Below the pieces are notes generated by a model that had not been told where the DNA came from, did no database searches, and saw nothing but the letters and a program-made list of their open reading frames with translations. From contig JAYGCM010000074.1 of the NCBI GenBank assembly GCA_046583355.1, positions 1 through 50,973 of the forward strand: 50,973 nt of DNA, in the 5' to 3' direction. This DNA comes from Deltaproteobacteria bacterium (GTDB lineage: Bacteria > Desulfobacterota > Binatia > UBA12015). The position numbers and the translations under genes were made by a program. Positions 1-9,226 of this stretch are shown one piece after another (position 1 is the stretch's first letter; each line of letters begins with the position of its first letter).

Positions 1-493
1 CGACCTCCTTCACCAGACGCGAACTGGTGTAGAAATGCTGCTCTCCGGCCATCAGAAAGACGGTCTCGATATCGTCGTGCAGATGGCGATTCATGCTGGT
101 CATCTGGAATTCGAATTCGAAGTCCGACACGGCGCGCAGGCCGCGGATCAGGACGCGTGCACCGATGGCGCGCGCATAGTCGACCAGCAGGCCATTGAAC
201 GAGTCCGCAACGACACGGTCGCCCACGTCGGCGACTGACTCGCGGATCATCTTGCAGCGCTCGGCGGGCGTGAACATTGCCGAGTCCTTGCTCGGGTTGA
301 ACGCCACCGCGACGATCACCTTGGGAAACACGCTCAAGGTGCGACGGATCAGATCGACATGGCCGTTCGTGATCGGGTCAAAGGAGCCGGCATAGACCGC
401 GACCGGCGCGAGCCCACCATCTCCGCATAGCGCCGCCGCTCGTCCGGCCTTGGTTCCCTTTTTGGTTCCTGTCGATTTTTTCTTTGCCGGCAT
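1..493 (-). CDS. coaD: Phosphopantetheine adenylyltransferase (3' end runs off the window)
   Basis: Manual translation (absent from ORF track): MPAKKKSTGTKKG...VAVYAGSFDPITNGHVDLI...IRGLRAVSDFEFEFQM...TVFLM...YTSSRLVKEV; directly downstream of rsmD, the canonical order. Confidence 0.95.
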   Translation of the reverse strand, partial: MPAKKKSTGTKKGTKAGRAAALCGDGGLAPVAVYAGSFDPITNGHVDLIRRTLSVFPKVIVAVAFNPSKDSAMFTPAERCKMIRESVADVGDRVVADSFNGLLVDYARAIGARVLIRGLRAVSDFEFEFQMTSMNRHLHDDIETVFLMAGEQHFYTSSRLVKEV

Positions 494-503
494 TTGCCCA
501 TCT

Positions 504-1058
504 CTAAGCTGATTTGCGGCGCAAGAGGGAGATTTCACTGCCTCCGTAGCGGCGCTCTAATTCGAGTTCCAGGCCCTCTGCTGAGGGACCATTGCCATGC
601 GGGTGTTCGATCAACACAAAAGCCCCTTCCTCGAGCAGCTCGCGCGCAACCAATCCCACAAGGATGGCGTCGATATCTACTTTTCCGTAGGGCGGGTCAA
701 GGAAAACGAGATCAAAAACGACACCTTCGGCCAGACCCGCCAACGCAGGTGTCACGGAACGGAGCTGCAACTCATGGCGATCGGCAAAACCGCAATGCCC
801 GGCATTGGCGCGAATCACCTTGCCCGCCACGCGATCGTGCTCCAGCGCAACGACCGAGGCCGCGCCGCGCGAGAGGGCCTCGATGCCCAGAGCACCCGAG
901 CCCGCGAAGAGATCCAGCACCCGCGCACCACGAATTGCGCCCCGATGCTCCAATATGCCAAAGGCAGACTCACGCAGGCGTGCACCGCTGGGACGAACGG
1001 CGAGACCGCGGGGCACGGAGAGCCGGCGGCCGCGTGCCTCACCGGCGATCACACGCAT
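504..1058 (-). CDS. rsmD: 16S rRNA m2G966 methyltransferase RsmD
   Basis: MRVIAGEARGRRL...VRPS...RES.F, VLDLFAGSGALGIEALSRGA, FLDPPY; start trimmed to ATG at 1058. Confidence 0.95.
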   Translation of the reverse strand: MRVIAGEARGRRLSVPRGLAVRPSGARLRESAFGILEHRGAIRGARVLDLFAGSGALGIEALSRGAASVVALEHDRVAGKVIRANAGHCGFADRHELQLRSVTPALAGLAEGVVFDLVFLDPPYGKVDIDAILVGLVARELLEEGAFVLIEHPHGNGPSAEGLELELERRYGGSEISLLRRKSA

Positions 1059-1135
1059 GGGTTGAATCTTCCGGACCGCACGCTTCGCGCTTTGGCATCC
1101 GGGAACAAAAGGCGCAAGGAATTCCGAGGCATGAA

Positions 1136-1897
1136 ATGATCTGGGGGCTGGTGGCAGCAAGACTCGGCGAGGCCGCAAAAAAGCGGCTCGAGCCCGTACT
1201 CCCACCCGAGCTGCGCCAGCGCTTCTCGCACGCGATGCTCGAAGATGTCCTGGCGGCGCTCGGTGGCTCTCAAGCGCTCGGCGGCGTGGCTGTGCTCGCC
1301 GGCGACACCGAGGCCGAGGAGGTAGCGCACGCCTACGGTGCACTCTCGATCCGCGACGCGGAAGGCGGCGGGTTGAATCGCGCCGTCACGCGCGGTGCGG
1401 CGCTTCTCGCCCGCCAGGGCGCAACCGGCGTGCTGGTCGCCATGGGCGATCTACCCTGCCTGCAGCCCGACGATATCGACCGCGTGGCCGCCGCTCTCGG
1501 GACCCATGCGGTGGTTGCGGCACCCTCGCGGGACGGCACCGGCACGAACCTGCTGGCGCTGCGCCCCACCGATGCATTGGCGTTCAGCTTCGGACCGCAG
1601 AGTCTGGCGGCACACCGCGAAGCCGCGCGCGCAGCCTCCTTGGAATGGCAGGAAGTCGAGGCAGCCGGTGCCGCTCTTGATATCGATACGCCGGATGACC
1701 TCTACGAGCTGATCCGCAGCGAAGACGCGGGCAGGCGCCCGGGCCGAGCGCTACTTCTTCTGCGCGAGCGGCTGGCCGCAGCAGACGAGATCGCCAGTGC
1801 CGGCCTTGGTGACAATGAACTGCGAGTTGCAGCCAGTGCAGATGTAGATCTTTCCGAGTTGGGTCGCCATGCGCTTTCCTCTCTGCGCTTGAGGTAG
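1136..1897 (+). CDS. cofC: 2-phospho-L-lactate/PEP guanylyltransferase (F420 biosynthesis, CofC/FbiD family)
   Basis: AKKRLEPVL, AMLEDVL, GLNRAV, MGDLP, DGTGTNLL, FSFGPQS..H, LDIDTPDDL; ATG 1136 with GAGG upstream. Confidence 0.88.
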   Translation: MIWGLVAARLGEAAKKRLEPVLPPELRQRFSHAMLEDVLAALGGSQALGGVAVLAGDTEAEEVAHAYGALSIRDAEGGGLNRAVTRGAALLARQGATGVLVAMGDLPCLQPDDIDRVAAALGTHAVVAAPSRDGTGTNLLALRPTDALAFSFGPQSLAAHREAARAASLEWQEVEAAGAALDIDTPDDLYELIRSEDAGRRPGRALLLLRERLAAADEIASAGLGDNELRVAASADVDLSELGRHALSSLRLR

Positions 1898-1921
1898 CGT
1901 CCCCCCGCGCGGCCCGCAAAC

Positions 1922-2665
1922 TCAGCGGCCTTGATAGCGCGGCGGACGCTTCGCGCGGAAGCTGGCGAGACCCTCGGCGTGGTCCTCGGTCGATTGCAGC
2001 AGCACGTAGAGGTCCCCTTCGAGACGTAATCCTTCGGCCAGCGGTAGGTCCGCCGCACTGCGCAAGGCTTCCTTCGCCAGCCGTTGCGCCGCCGGCCCGC
2101 GCGCCGCGAGTTCCCGGGCGCGCAGCCCACCGCGGCGCCGCAGCGCCTCGCGCGACACCACCTCCGTGACCAGACCGCTCGCCGCCGCGCGCCTGGCCGG
2201 GAGTATCTCGCCAAGCAACAACATCCGCGCCGCACAGGCCGGCCCGACTATCCGCGGCAGGCGCTGGGTGCCACCATGCGAGGGAAGGTCACCGCGTGCG
2301 AGCTGGGTCAAACCGAGCCGGGTGCCCTCGGCCGCAATGCGCAGGTCACAGGCAAGCGCCAATTCGAGGCCCTCGTCCAGCACCGAACCGTGCAGGAGTG
2401 CGAGCACGGGAACCCGCAAGGCCGCCACCGCCGCAATGCCGTCGGCGCGGCCACCCGGCTCACCGCCGCAGCAGAAGGCGCGGCCCGTACTGCGCAGGAC
2501 CACCACCCGAACCTCATCGTCGAGGTCGATCTCGCCTACGGCCGCAACCAAGGCCGCGTGCAATTCCGGGCCCAGGCGGGCGTTGGCTGCCGCCAGCTCC
2601 AATGTCACGACCGGGCCCTTGCGCAATACGCGCAGGGGCGACGCCGCTTTGCCCTTGCGGCTCAC
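1922..2665 (-). CDS. Enoyl-CoA hydratase/isomerase (crotonase) family protein, divergent active site
   Basis: GLELALACDLRIA, GGTQRLPRIVG, EGLASFRAKRPPRYQGR; GTG start overlaps the ligase stop (GTGA). Confidence 0.85.
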   Translation of the reverse strand: MSRKGKAASPLRVLRKGPVVTLELAAANARLGPELHAALVAAVGEIDLDDEVRVVVLRSTGRAFCCGGEPGGRADGIAAVAALRVPVLALLHGSVLDEGLELALACDLRIAAEGTRLGLTQLARGDLPSHGGTQRLPRIVGPACAARMLLLGEILPARRAAASGLVTEVVSREALRRRGGLRARELAARGPAAQRLAKEALRSAADLPLAEGLRLEGDLYVLLQSTEDHAEGLASFRAKRPPRYQGR

Positions 2666-4224
2666 TCGCCCCCTTCGCGGAAGGCAGCCTGCAGATCTTT
2701 GCGCAGAATCTTGCCAAGCGGGTTGCGTGGCAGCTCGGGCAGGAAACGCAGGGCTTCGGGCTTCTTGAAGCTCGCCAGGCGCGCCTGGCACCAGGTCACC
2801 AATTCCGCCTCGGTCGCCGTCTTGCCCTTTTTGAGCGCCACCGCCGCGCCCACGATCTGGCCCCATTCCTCGCTGGGCAGGCCGAAAATGGCGATTTCGT
2901 CGATAGCGGGATGCGCCTGTAGGCAGGCCTCGACCTCGGCCGGCGCGATATTCTCGCCACCACGGATGATCATATCGTCTTTGCGTCCGACCAGAAAAAC
3001 ATAGCCGTCGGCATCAACATAGCCGAGGTCGCGGGTATGCAGGTAGCCATCGTCGTCGCGATGCGCGCCGCCGGATTCACCACCGGCATAACCCTTCATG
3101 ATGCGCGGCGTACGCACCAGAATTTCGCCCGTCTCGCCGTCGCGCAAAGCCTTGCCGGCTTCGTCCGCGATGCGGATCTCGACATCCGGCAAAGGCCGGC
3201 CGATCGAGCGCAGACGGCGAAGGGTATCCTCGTCGGCTGCGGCATCGCCACTGAGGCGATGGTCTTCGGGGCCGAGGATGGTCAGCGTCGATGTCGTCTC
3301 GGTCTGGCCGAAGGCGTTCACAAAACCACAACCTGCCGGGAAGGCCTCGATCGCTCGCCGAATCACCGGAAAGGGCATCGGCGCGCCACCATAGGAGAGG
3401 TTCTCCAGGCTGGAGAGGTCCGTAGCGTGGAATAGCTCGTGGTCGAGCAACTTTTTCATCATGGTCGGCACGATAAAGGCGTGCGTGACCTTCTCGCGCT
3501 CGACCGCCGCCAGCCATGCGCCGGCATCGAATTGGGGCAATAGCACCAGCCGCCGGCCAGCCCAGATCGAGCTCATGATGCCGGTCGCACCGGCAATATG
3601 ATAAAGCGGCACGCAGAGCAGCGAGGTTCCGCGCGGCTCGCCATCGGCCATCTCGACCGTGCCGACGACATAGGCGGTGAAATCACCATGCGTCAACATG
3701 ACGCCCTTGGGCAACGAGGTGGTGCCGCTGGTGTACATGAGAATCGAGGTATCGCTCTCCTCGACCTCGGCCTCCTCGGCCTCAGGATCGCCCTCGGCAA
3801 GCAAGGCGTCGAAGTCGGTCTCGCCCGGACGTGGATCGCCAAGCGGCACCAGCATGATATTTTTCGGCAGCGCGTCGCCGAGCTGGCCGAGGATCTCACG
3901 GTAGCGGTCCTCAAAGAAAAGCACGGCCGGCGCGGCCTTGCGGATCATATGCTCGAGCTCATGTGGCTTGGCGCGGTAGTTCAGCGGTACAAAGGTCGCC
4001 CCGGCCGCCGCCGCGCCGTAATAGGCGGCGATATAGCGATGCGAATTGGTCGCCAGCACGGCCACCGGCCGATCGAGTCCGGCACCGCGGGCCCGCAGCG
4101 CCGCGCCCAGGCTGCGCGCGCGGCGCGCCAGCGCGCCGTAGCTGAAGCGTTCGCCCCCATCGACGAGGATCTCCTGGTCGGGAAACATCAGGGCCGGCAT
4201 CGTGAGGAAATTGGAGGTGTTCAT
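2662..4224 (-). CDS. AMP-dependent acyl-CoA synthetase/ligase
   Basis: MYTSGTTSLPKG, FGQTE, TRDLGY, GRKDDMIIRGGENI, PRNPLGKIL. Confidence 0.93.
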   Translation of the reverse strand: MNTSNFLTMPALMFPDQEILVDGGERFSYGALARRARSLGAALRARGAGLDRPVAVLATNSHRYIAAYYGAAAAGATFVPLNYRAKPHELEHMIRKAAPAVLFFEDRYREILGQLGDALPKNIMLVPLGDPRPGETDFDALLAEGDPEAEEAEVEESDTSILMYTSGTTSLPKGVMLTHGDFTAYVVGTVEMADGEPRGTSLLCVPLYHIAGATGIMSSIWAGRRLVLLPQFDAGAWLAAVEREKVTHAFIVPTMMKKLLDHELFHATDLSSLENLSYGGAPMPFPVIRRAIEAFPAGCGFVNAFGQTETTSTLTILGPEDHRLSGDAAADEDTLRRLRSIGRPLPDVEIRIADEAGKALRDGETGEILVRTPRIMKGYAGGESGGAHRDDDGYLHTRDLGYVDADGYVFLVGRKDDMIIRGGENIAPAEVEACLQAHPAIDEIAIFGLPSEEWGQIVGAAVALKKGKTATEAELVTWCQARLASFKKPEALRFLPELPRNPLGKILRKDLQAAFREGGE

Positions 4225-4949
4225 CGCTCGACACCTCGTAGCTGGCGGGACAGTCGCTGCTCAAGTCGCAAGGCCTCGCCGAGCGGAAGATCGGCGCCGC
4301 GGCGCAAGGCGGCGCGTGCGGCGCGCAGCACCGGCTGCGGCACCGCGGCGACCTGGCGCGCGAGGCGCGCGGCCTCGCGACCGAGTTGCGCAGGCGCCAC
4401 GGCCTTGCCGGCCAGGCCGATCCGCGCGGCCTCGGCACCGGAGACCTCGCGCCCCATCAGCAGCATCTCGGCCGCCCGGCCCTCGCCCACGGCCCGCGGC
4501 AGAGTTTGGGTGCCGCCGACTCCGGGAATCATGGCGAGCCCGGTCTCGGGCAGCAACAGACGGGCGTCGCGCGCGACAATCATCAAATCACAGAGCAGCG
4601 CCATCTCCAGCCCACCACCGGCGGCGACACCATGCACCGCGGCGATCGACACACACGGCAGCTCGGACCAGAGGCGCCAGACGTCACGCTGCTGACGGAT
4701 ATCGCGCGCTCCGAGCGGCGACGGCGCGGTACCGAACTCGCGCAAATCGCCGCCGCTGCCAAAGGCCCGCCCGGCGCCGCGCACCAGCAAGACCTTCACA
4801 TCAGGCTCCTCCGTGACAAATTGCAGGGCTGCGAAAATCTCGTCACGCATGCGACGGTCGTAGGCGTTGAGCACCTCGGGACGGTGCAAGGTGAGCGTGA
4901 TGATCGCCTCATCGCGGGTCAGCCGGATCGTCTCATGCACCGGCGGCAT
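4221..4949 (-). CDS. Enoyl-CoA hydratase/isomerase (crotonase) family protein
   Basis: LHRPEVLNA, FGSGGDL, GGGLEMALLCD, LPETGL, PGVGGTQTLPR; GGAGGAGG RBS before ATG 4949. Confidence 0.9.
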   Translation of the reverse strand: MPPVHETIRLTRDEAIITLTLHRPEVLNAYDRRMRDEIFAALQFVTEEPDVKVLLVRGAGRAFGSGGDLREFGTAPSPLGARDIRQQRDVWRLWSELPCVSIAAVHGVAAGGGLEMALLCDLMIVARDARLLLPETGLAMIPGVGGTQTLPRAVGEGRAAEMLLMGREVSGAEAARIGLAGKAVAPAQLGREAARLARQVAAVPQPVLRAARAALRRGADLPLGEALRLEQRLSRQLRGVER

Positions 4950-6357
4950 AGGCCTCCTCCCAATCGAGAACCACAGCGCGCAGGTCAAGCTCGGAAAATG
5001 CCGAGGGCCGTGGATCGGTGCCCAGAACACTGAAACGCGCCGGCGCGCCCGCCTGCCACCACTCCTGGGCCGGCGCGTCGCCGCGAATCAGAGCCGCGCT
5101 CGCATATTGCGCCGCGAAGGCCAGGCCGGGGGAGATGGCCTCCTCCGCACCGATCGCCGCACCCAACCCGGCACCACCGCCGCGCCCACAGGCCCCGGCA
5201 AACGCGGCCGCCGCACCGGGCGCCGCTACCGGCGCGACACTGCTGAAGGCGACCGGAATCCCCGCGTGCAACCAGGACGCCACCGGGTAGAGCCAGGGAT
5301 GCAGCACTTCTTCGACCTCGCGGCGGTAGCGCGCACCACGCGCCACGAGAAAGGCCGGCTGCGTGACCACAGCGAGACCGGCCGCCGCGAGACGCGTGAC
5401 GAGCTCGGGTGGGCAAAGCGAAGCATGTTCGATCCGGTCGAGCCCGCGCGGCCCGCCCAAAGCGCGCGACGGCGCGCTTTGCAGAACCTCGAGGATCGCC
5501 GCCAACGCATCGGCCTCGACCGCGTGAATCGCCAGCGGGAAGCCGGCGCGGCGCGCCCGCGCCACCGCCTCGGCAAAACCGGGCGCCAGCACATCGTCAG
5601 CCGTACGCGGCAGCAACTTGACGCCGGCGATCCGAATGCGGCGAGCCGCCCGCCGTGCCGCCGCCGGGTCGGCATCGGCACCGAGCCAGACATGGATCTG
5701 TTGCGGCAAGCCGGCCGCCTCCAACAACTCGATGCGCTCGGCATCGTTGGTGGCCGTCATCTCATCGAGCGAGAGCACGCCCAACCGGAGCAGCTCCGCG
5801 CCCAGCGAGCGCAAGCCGGTCAGCAATTCCGTCTCCGATAGGCGAGGCATCGCCTTTGCGACGGCGGCCTCCTGGCCGACCAATAAGGCATCCTGGACAC
5901 CACTCGTATCGACGCCGTGCGCGCCCAACTCTTCAAGCGCCTTGGAGTTCAGCAAGGACGCGTGCCGGCTCGCGTGGCGGATACGCAGCGGTCGCGCGCC
6001 CGCCCAGCGATCCAACTCGGCGCGCGTCGGCATCCGCGCCTCGGCCAGCCCGGTCTCCTCGAAACCGCGCAGGCGAAGCCAGCCCGCCTCGGTCAAAGCA
6101 GCGGCAGCGCCGATCTGCCCAGCCAACGCCGGCAAATCGGCCGGTGGGGCGCCGGTAAGGCTACCATGACAGCGCTCGGTGGCCGCCGCCACGAGGTGCA
6201 GGTGGGCGTCGCTCAAGGCCGGCAGTAAAAAAGTCTCCGGCCCGCCGTGCGCGCCAGCGGGCGCGACTCCGCACGGGGAAGCGACACGGATCACCCCCGC
6301 CTCCACCTCAAGGAGGTGCGGCGGCAGCGCCGCGATCGCGTCGCCGGCAGCCACCAA
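4933..6357 (-). CDS. Amidohydrolase family (Amidohydro_3/YtcJ-like) protein; start uncertain (TTG 6357 or GTG 6354; ORF open to 6447)
   Basis: LPALSDAHLH, AIHAV, RIEHAS, VTQP motifs; the terminal GSDAP motif reads SSVAP. Confidence 0.78.
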   Translation of the reverse strand: MVAAGDAIAALPPHLLEVEAGVIRVASPCGVAPAGAHGGPETFLLPALSDAHLHLVAAATERCHGSLTGAPPADLPALAGQIGAAAALTEAGWLRLRGFEETGLAEARMPTRAELDRWAGARPLRIRHASRHASLLNSKALEELGAHGVDTSGVQDALLVGQEAAVAKAMPRLSETELLTGLRSLGAELLRLGVLSLDEMTATNDAERIELLEAAGLPQQIHVWLGADADPAAARRAARRIRIAGVKLLPRTADDVLAPGFAEAVARARRAGFPLAIHAVEADALAAILEVLQSAPSRALGGPRGLDRIEHASLCPPELVTRLAAAGLAVVTQPAFLVARGARYRREVEEVLHPWLYPVASWLHAGIPVAFSSVAPVAAPGAAAAFAGACGRGGGAGLGAAIGAEEAISPGLAFAAQYASAALIRGDAPAQEWWQAGAPARFSVLGTDPRPSAFSELDLRAVVLDWEEAYAAGA

Positions 6358-6392
6358 AGGCCGACCGACAAGGCGCAGAGGCTTGCCGGAAT

Positions 6393-6536
6393 TCAGTCGG
6401 ACGAGGGAAGCGGCTTGGCTTCCTTCAATCCCATCTCTTGGTCGCAACAGTTGACTGCTCCCTCACCCGGCTTGTTGCACAGCGCCTCGGCGCCACAATT
6501 TCCGCAAACGTATCGCTTGCCCAAAGTATTGCTCAT
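6393..6536 (-). CDS. 47-aa desulforedoxin-like metal-binding small protein
   Basis: MSNTLGKRYVCGNCGAEALCNKPGEGAVNCCDQEMGLKEAKPLPSSD: Y-x-C-x2-C-G ... C-C-x3-M pattern; GAGGAG RBS upstream. Confidence 0.8.
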   Translation of the reverse strand: MSNTLGKRYVCGNCGAEALCNKPGEGAVNCCDQEMGLKEAKPLPSSD

Positions 6537-6543
6537 GACCCAT

Positions 6544-7503
6544 TCACTCCTCAGGCGCAGCCGCGGCCATCGCCACGACAGCACCACGCACGGAACCGCC
6601 GTCCCAGACGACCTCCACGCTACTCTCTTCTTCTACGTTTTCCCGCCGCACGCGAGCCATGGCGGCGATCGTGCCGTCTTGCGCCGGCGCGGCCACGCTA
6701 CTCAATGCGCCGACTTCCTTGCCTGCCACAAGCAAACGCGCCCCGACAGGAGCCGCCCCCGACAGCGTGACGCGCGTCACCAGCCAGCGTACCTTGCCGC
6801 GCGCCGCGACTCGCTCGACCACTTCCTGGCCAAGATAGCAGCCCTTGCGAAACGAGATCGCCGCGGCCAGAGAAGGCACCTCGGGAGCCAGCGTGGCGGT
6901 GTCAAAATCGACCCCCTCGCGCGCGACCCCGGTGCCGATGCGCCGCGCCTCGGCGGACTCCTCGCTCAGCACGCGTGCACCGGCGGCAACCAGAGCCGCG
7001 ACCAGCAAATCGGCGCTGAGAGCGTCGTCGCAGAAGATTTTATATACATCCTTGACGAGACCATCGCCGCGCGCCAACCGCACCGACACATCGGCCAGCT
7101 GCACCTGCTGGTGCGCGCCCGGCGCAAGCGCCGGCATCGCCTCGACCACCTTGGCGAGCGTAGCGGCTGCGTCCTTGCCCTCGAGCCTGAGGAGAAAGAC
7201 CGGGCGCTGCAGGAATTCGATATCGTCGGCGACGATGAAGCGCTCGAGCACCGCCAATAAGCGCTCGGCGGCCGCCGTGCTCAGGTCGAGCAGGATCTCT
7301 TCGGCATCGACCATCAACGCGAGCGACGCCGTGATCCGCCCCTGCTCGCTCAGCAGCAGAGCTGGCGCGCCGTGGCCCGGCGCGAGGCCTTCGACCGCGT
7401 TGGAGAGCATCCCGTGCAGAAAGCGCGTCCGGTCTTCCCCCGTCGCGACAAGCAGCATATGGTCGCGCGGCAACGAAACCATGGTGTCATCATCGCCTGC
7501 CAT
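6544..7503 (-). CDS. ygfZ: Folate-binding YgfZ/GcvT-family protein
   Basis: GEDRTRFLHGMLSN and signature KGCYLGQE; alternative GTG start at 7551. Confidence 0.9.
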   Translation of the reverse strand: MAGDDDTMVSLPRDHMLLVATGEDRTRFLHGMLSNAVEGLAPGHGAPALLLSEQGRITASLALMVDAEEILLDLSTAAAERLLAVLERFIVADDIEFLQRPVFLLRLEGKDAAATLAKVVEAMPALAPGAHQQVQLADVSVRLARGDGLVKDVYKIFCDDALSADLLVAALVAAGARVLSEESAEARRIGTGVAREGVDFDTATLAPEVPSLAAAISFRKGCYLGQEVVERVAARGKVRWLVTRVTLSGAAPVGARLLVAGKEVGALSSVAAPAQDGTIAAMARVRRENVEEESSVEVVWDGGSVRGAVVAMAAAAPEE

Positions 7504-7519
7504 CGGGGCCACTCTAGCA
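7504..7519 (-). promoter_or_regulatory. Putative extended -10 promoter (TGcTAGAGT) 7 nt before ygfZ ATG; likely leaderless
   Basis: Minus strand reads gctTGcTAGAGTggccccgATG; no SD. Confidence 0.45.
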
Positions 7520-7547
7520 AGCCCCCGAGCGCAGGCACGCCCCCTCT

Positions 7548-8249
7548 TCACCCGTGCGCGTAGGTCCGCTCCAGATACTCCACGATATCTGCCGACTCGA
7601 AGAGCTTTTGGCCGGTATTGGGGTCGAAGAGCCAGGGCACCTGCATCTTTCCTGAGCGTGCGACAAAGGCCTCGCGGCTGGGGCTGCCGGCGGCGACATT
7701 ATGCAGAATATAGGGCAGCTCCAGCTCGGTCAGCGTCTCGCGGACCAGACGGCAGAAAGGGGAGGCCTCGAAGCTCCAGAGCTCGAGCGGCGTCTCCGGG
7801 CTGCGGCTCGGTCGCACGGAGGTACCGGCGCCCAGGCGTTGCAGCGAGGCCAACGAGCCCAGCAGGGTGAAGAGCAGGCTGGCGCGCAGCCAGGGCTCGA
7901 AGCGTCCGTCGCCGTATTGGCGCACGAGGTATTGGATGATTTCTTCGGACTCGTAGATCTCGACGCCGGTATTCGGGTCGAGGAGAAACGGAAATTGCAT
8001 GCGGCCGCCGCGGCGCACGGCCTCGGGGCGAAAGCGCCCGCCGCCCTTGGGGCACGGTCGGACCTCGACCTCGAGGTCGAGGTCCGAGAGCACTTCACGT
8101 ACCTTGCGGCAAAAAGGGCAGGACTCGAATTCGTAGAGCACGAGACGCTCGGCCGGGCGTGAGCCCAGCGTGCAGACCTTGCGGCCACCGGCGCCCGTGA
8201 TCAGGGTGGCGCTGAAGGAACTCAGCAAATCGAAGGCGCGCAAGATCAT
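7548..8249 (-). CDS. Tandem glutaredoxin/GST-N domain protein
   Basis: Two repeats: LYEFESCPFCRKVRE...PFLLDPNTG..YES and LWSFEASPFCRLVRE...PWLFDPNTG..FES; ATGA overlap with ilvE stop. Confidence 0.85.
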   Translation of the reverse strand: MILRAFDLLSSFSATLITGAGGRKVCTLGSRPAERLVLYEFESCPFCRKVREVLSDLDLEVEVRPCPKGGGRFRPEAVRRGGRMQFPFLLDPNTGVEIYESEEIIQYLVRQYGDGRFEPWLRASLLFTLLGSLASLQRLGAGTSVRPSRSPETPLELWSFEASPFCRLVRETLTELELPYILHNVAAGSPSREAFVARSGKMQVPWLFDPNTGQKLFESADIVEYLERTYAHG

Positions 8250-9169
8250 CCCTCCCGAGGGACCGGCGTCAACCACTCCGAGCGCGACCCGGCGCCGCCG
8301 CGCACGGCGGCCTCGTAGCGACTCTGCACCAACTCGGTGACAGGCCCGCGTGCTCCGGGACCGATTTGTCGATCATCAAGTTCGCGAATCGTCGCGATCT
8401 CGGCGGCCGTGCCGCAATAAAAGGCCTCGTCGGCGACATAGATCTCGTCGCGCGTGATCCGATCTTGCTGGACCTCGTAGCCCTCCTCGCGCAGCAGACG
8501 GATGACCGTGTCGCGCGTGATGCCGGGCAGGATCGAATGACTCGCCGGAGTGCGCACGATGCCGTCGCGCACCAGGAAGAGGTTCTCTCCGGGCCCTTCA
8601 GCCGCAAAGCCCTCGGTGTCGAGAAGCAGCGCTTCGTCATATCCCCCGGCATGAGCCTCGTGGGCGGCAAGAATCGAGTTCACGTAGACACCGACGGCCT
8701 TGGATTTCGACATGAGGGTATTGCTGTGAATGCGTGCAAACGATGAGGTCTTCACCCGAATGCCCTGCTTGGCCGCCTCGGGGCCGAGGTAGGCGCCCCA
8801 GGGCCAGCACGAGATCGACAGGCGCACCTGGTTGATGACACCGAGGCCCATCTCGCCGTCGCCGTTGAAGACCAGCGGGCGAAGGTAGCCCTCGGCAAGC
8901 TTGTTGCGCGTCACCGTCTCGATGCAGGCAGCGAAGATTTCGCGCTGCTCGAACGGAATCTTCAGACCGAGGATATGCGCCGAGTCGAAGAGACGACGGT
9001 TATGCTCCTCGAGGCGGAAGATCGCGGTACTGCCGTCTTCCTGCTTGTAGCAACGGATTCCCTCAAAGACGCCCAGGCCGTAGTGGAGGGTGTGGGTGAG
9101 TACGTGGACCCGCGCCTCGTCCCAGGGAACGAAATCGCCATCCATCCAGATCCAAGTGCCCTTTTCCAC
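8246..9169 (-). CDS. ilvE: Branched-chain amino acid aminotransferase (PLP class IV)
   Basis: IWMDG, HTLHYGLGVFEGIRCY, EGPGENLF, ILPGITR, ADEAFYCGTAAEI. Confidence 0.95.
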   Translation of the reverse strand: MEKGTWIWMDGDFVPWDEARVHVLTHTLHYGLGVFEGIRCYKQEDGSTAIFRLEEHNRRLFDSAHILGLKIPFEQREIFAACIETVTRNKLAEGYLRPLVFNGDGEMGLGVINQVRLSISCWPWGAYLGPEAAKQGIRVKTSSFARIHSNTLMSKSKAVGVYVNSILAAHEAHAGGYDEALLLDTEGFAAEGPGENLFLVRDGIVRTPASHSILPGITRDTVIRLLREEGYEVQQDRITRDEIYVADEAFYCGTAAEIATIRELDDRQIGPGARGPVTELVQSRYEAAVRGGAGSRSEWLTPVPREG

Positions 9170-9226
9170 GAACTTTCTCCCTCTGCATCGGGGCTCTTGG
9201 GTAGCGCCCCGACCGCAAAAACGTGC

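Noticed and set aside
494..1135. Long N-terminal extensions in the ORF track (cofC, glnE, argA-like, sulfatase, flippase, etc.)
   Set aside because: They overlap neighbouring real genes; starts were reassigned using homology, RBS and stop/start overlaps.
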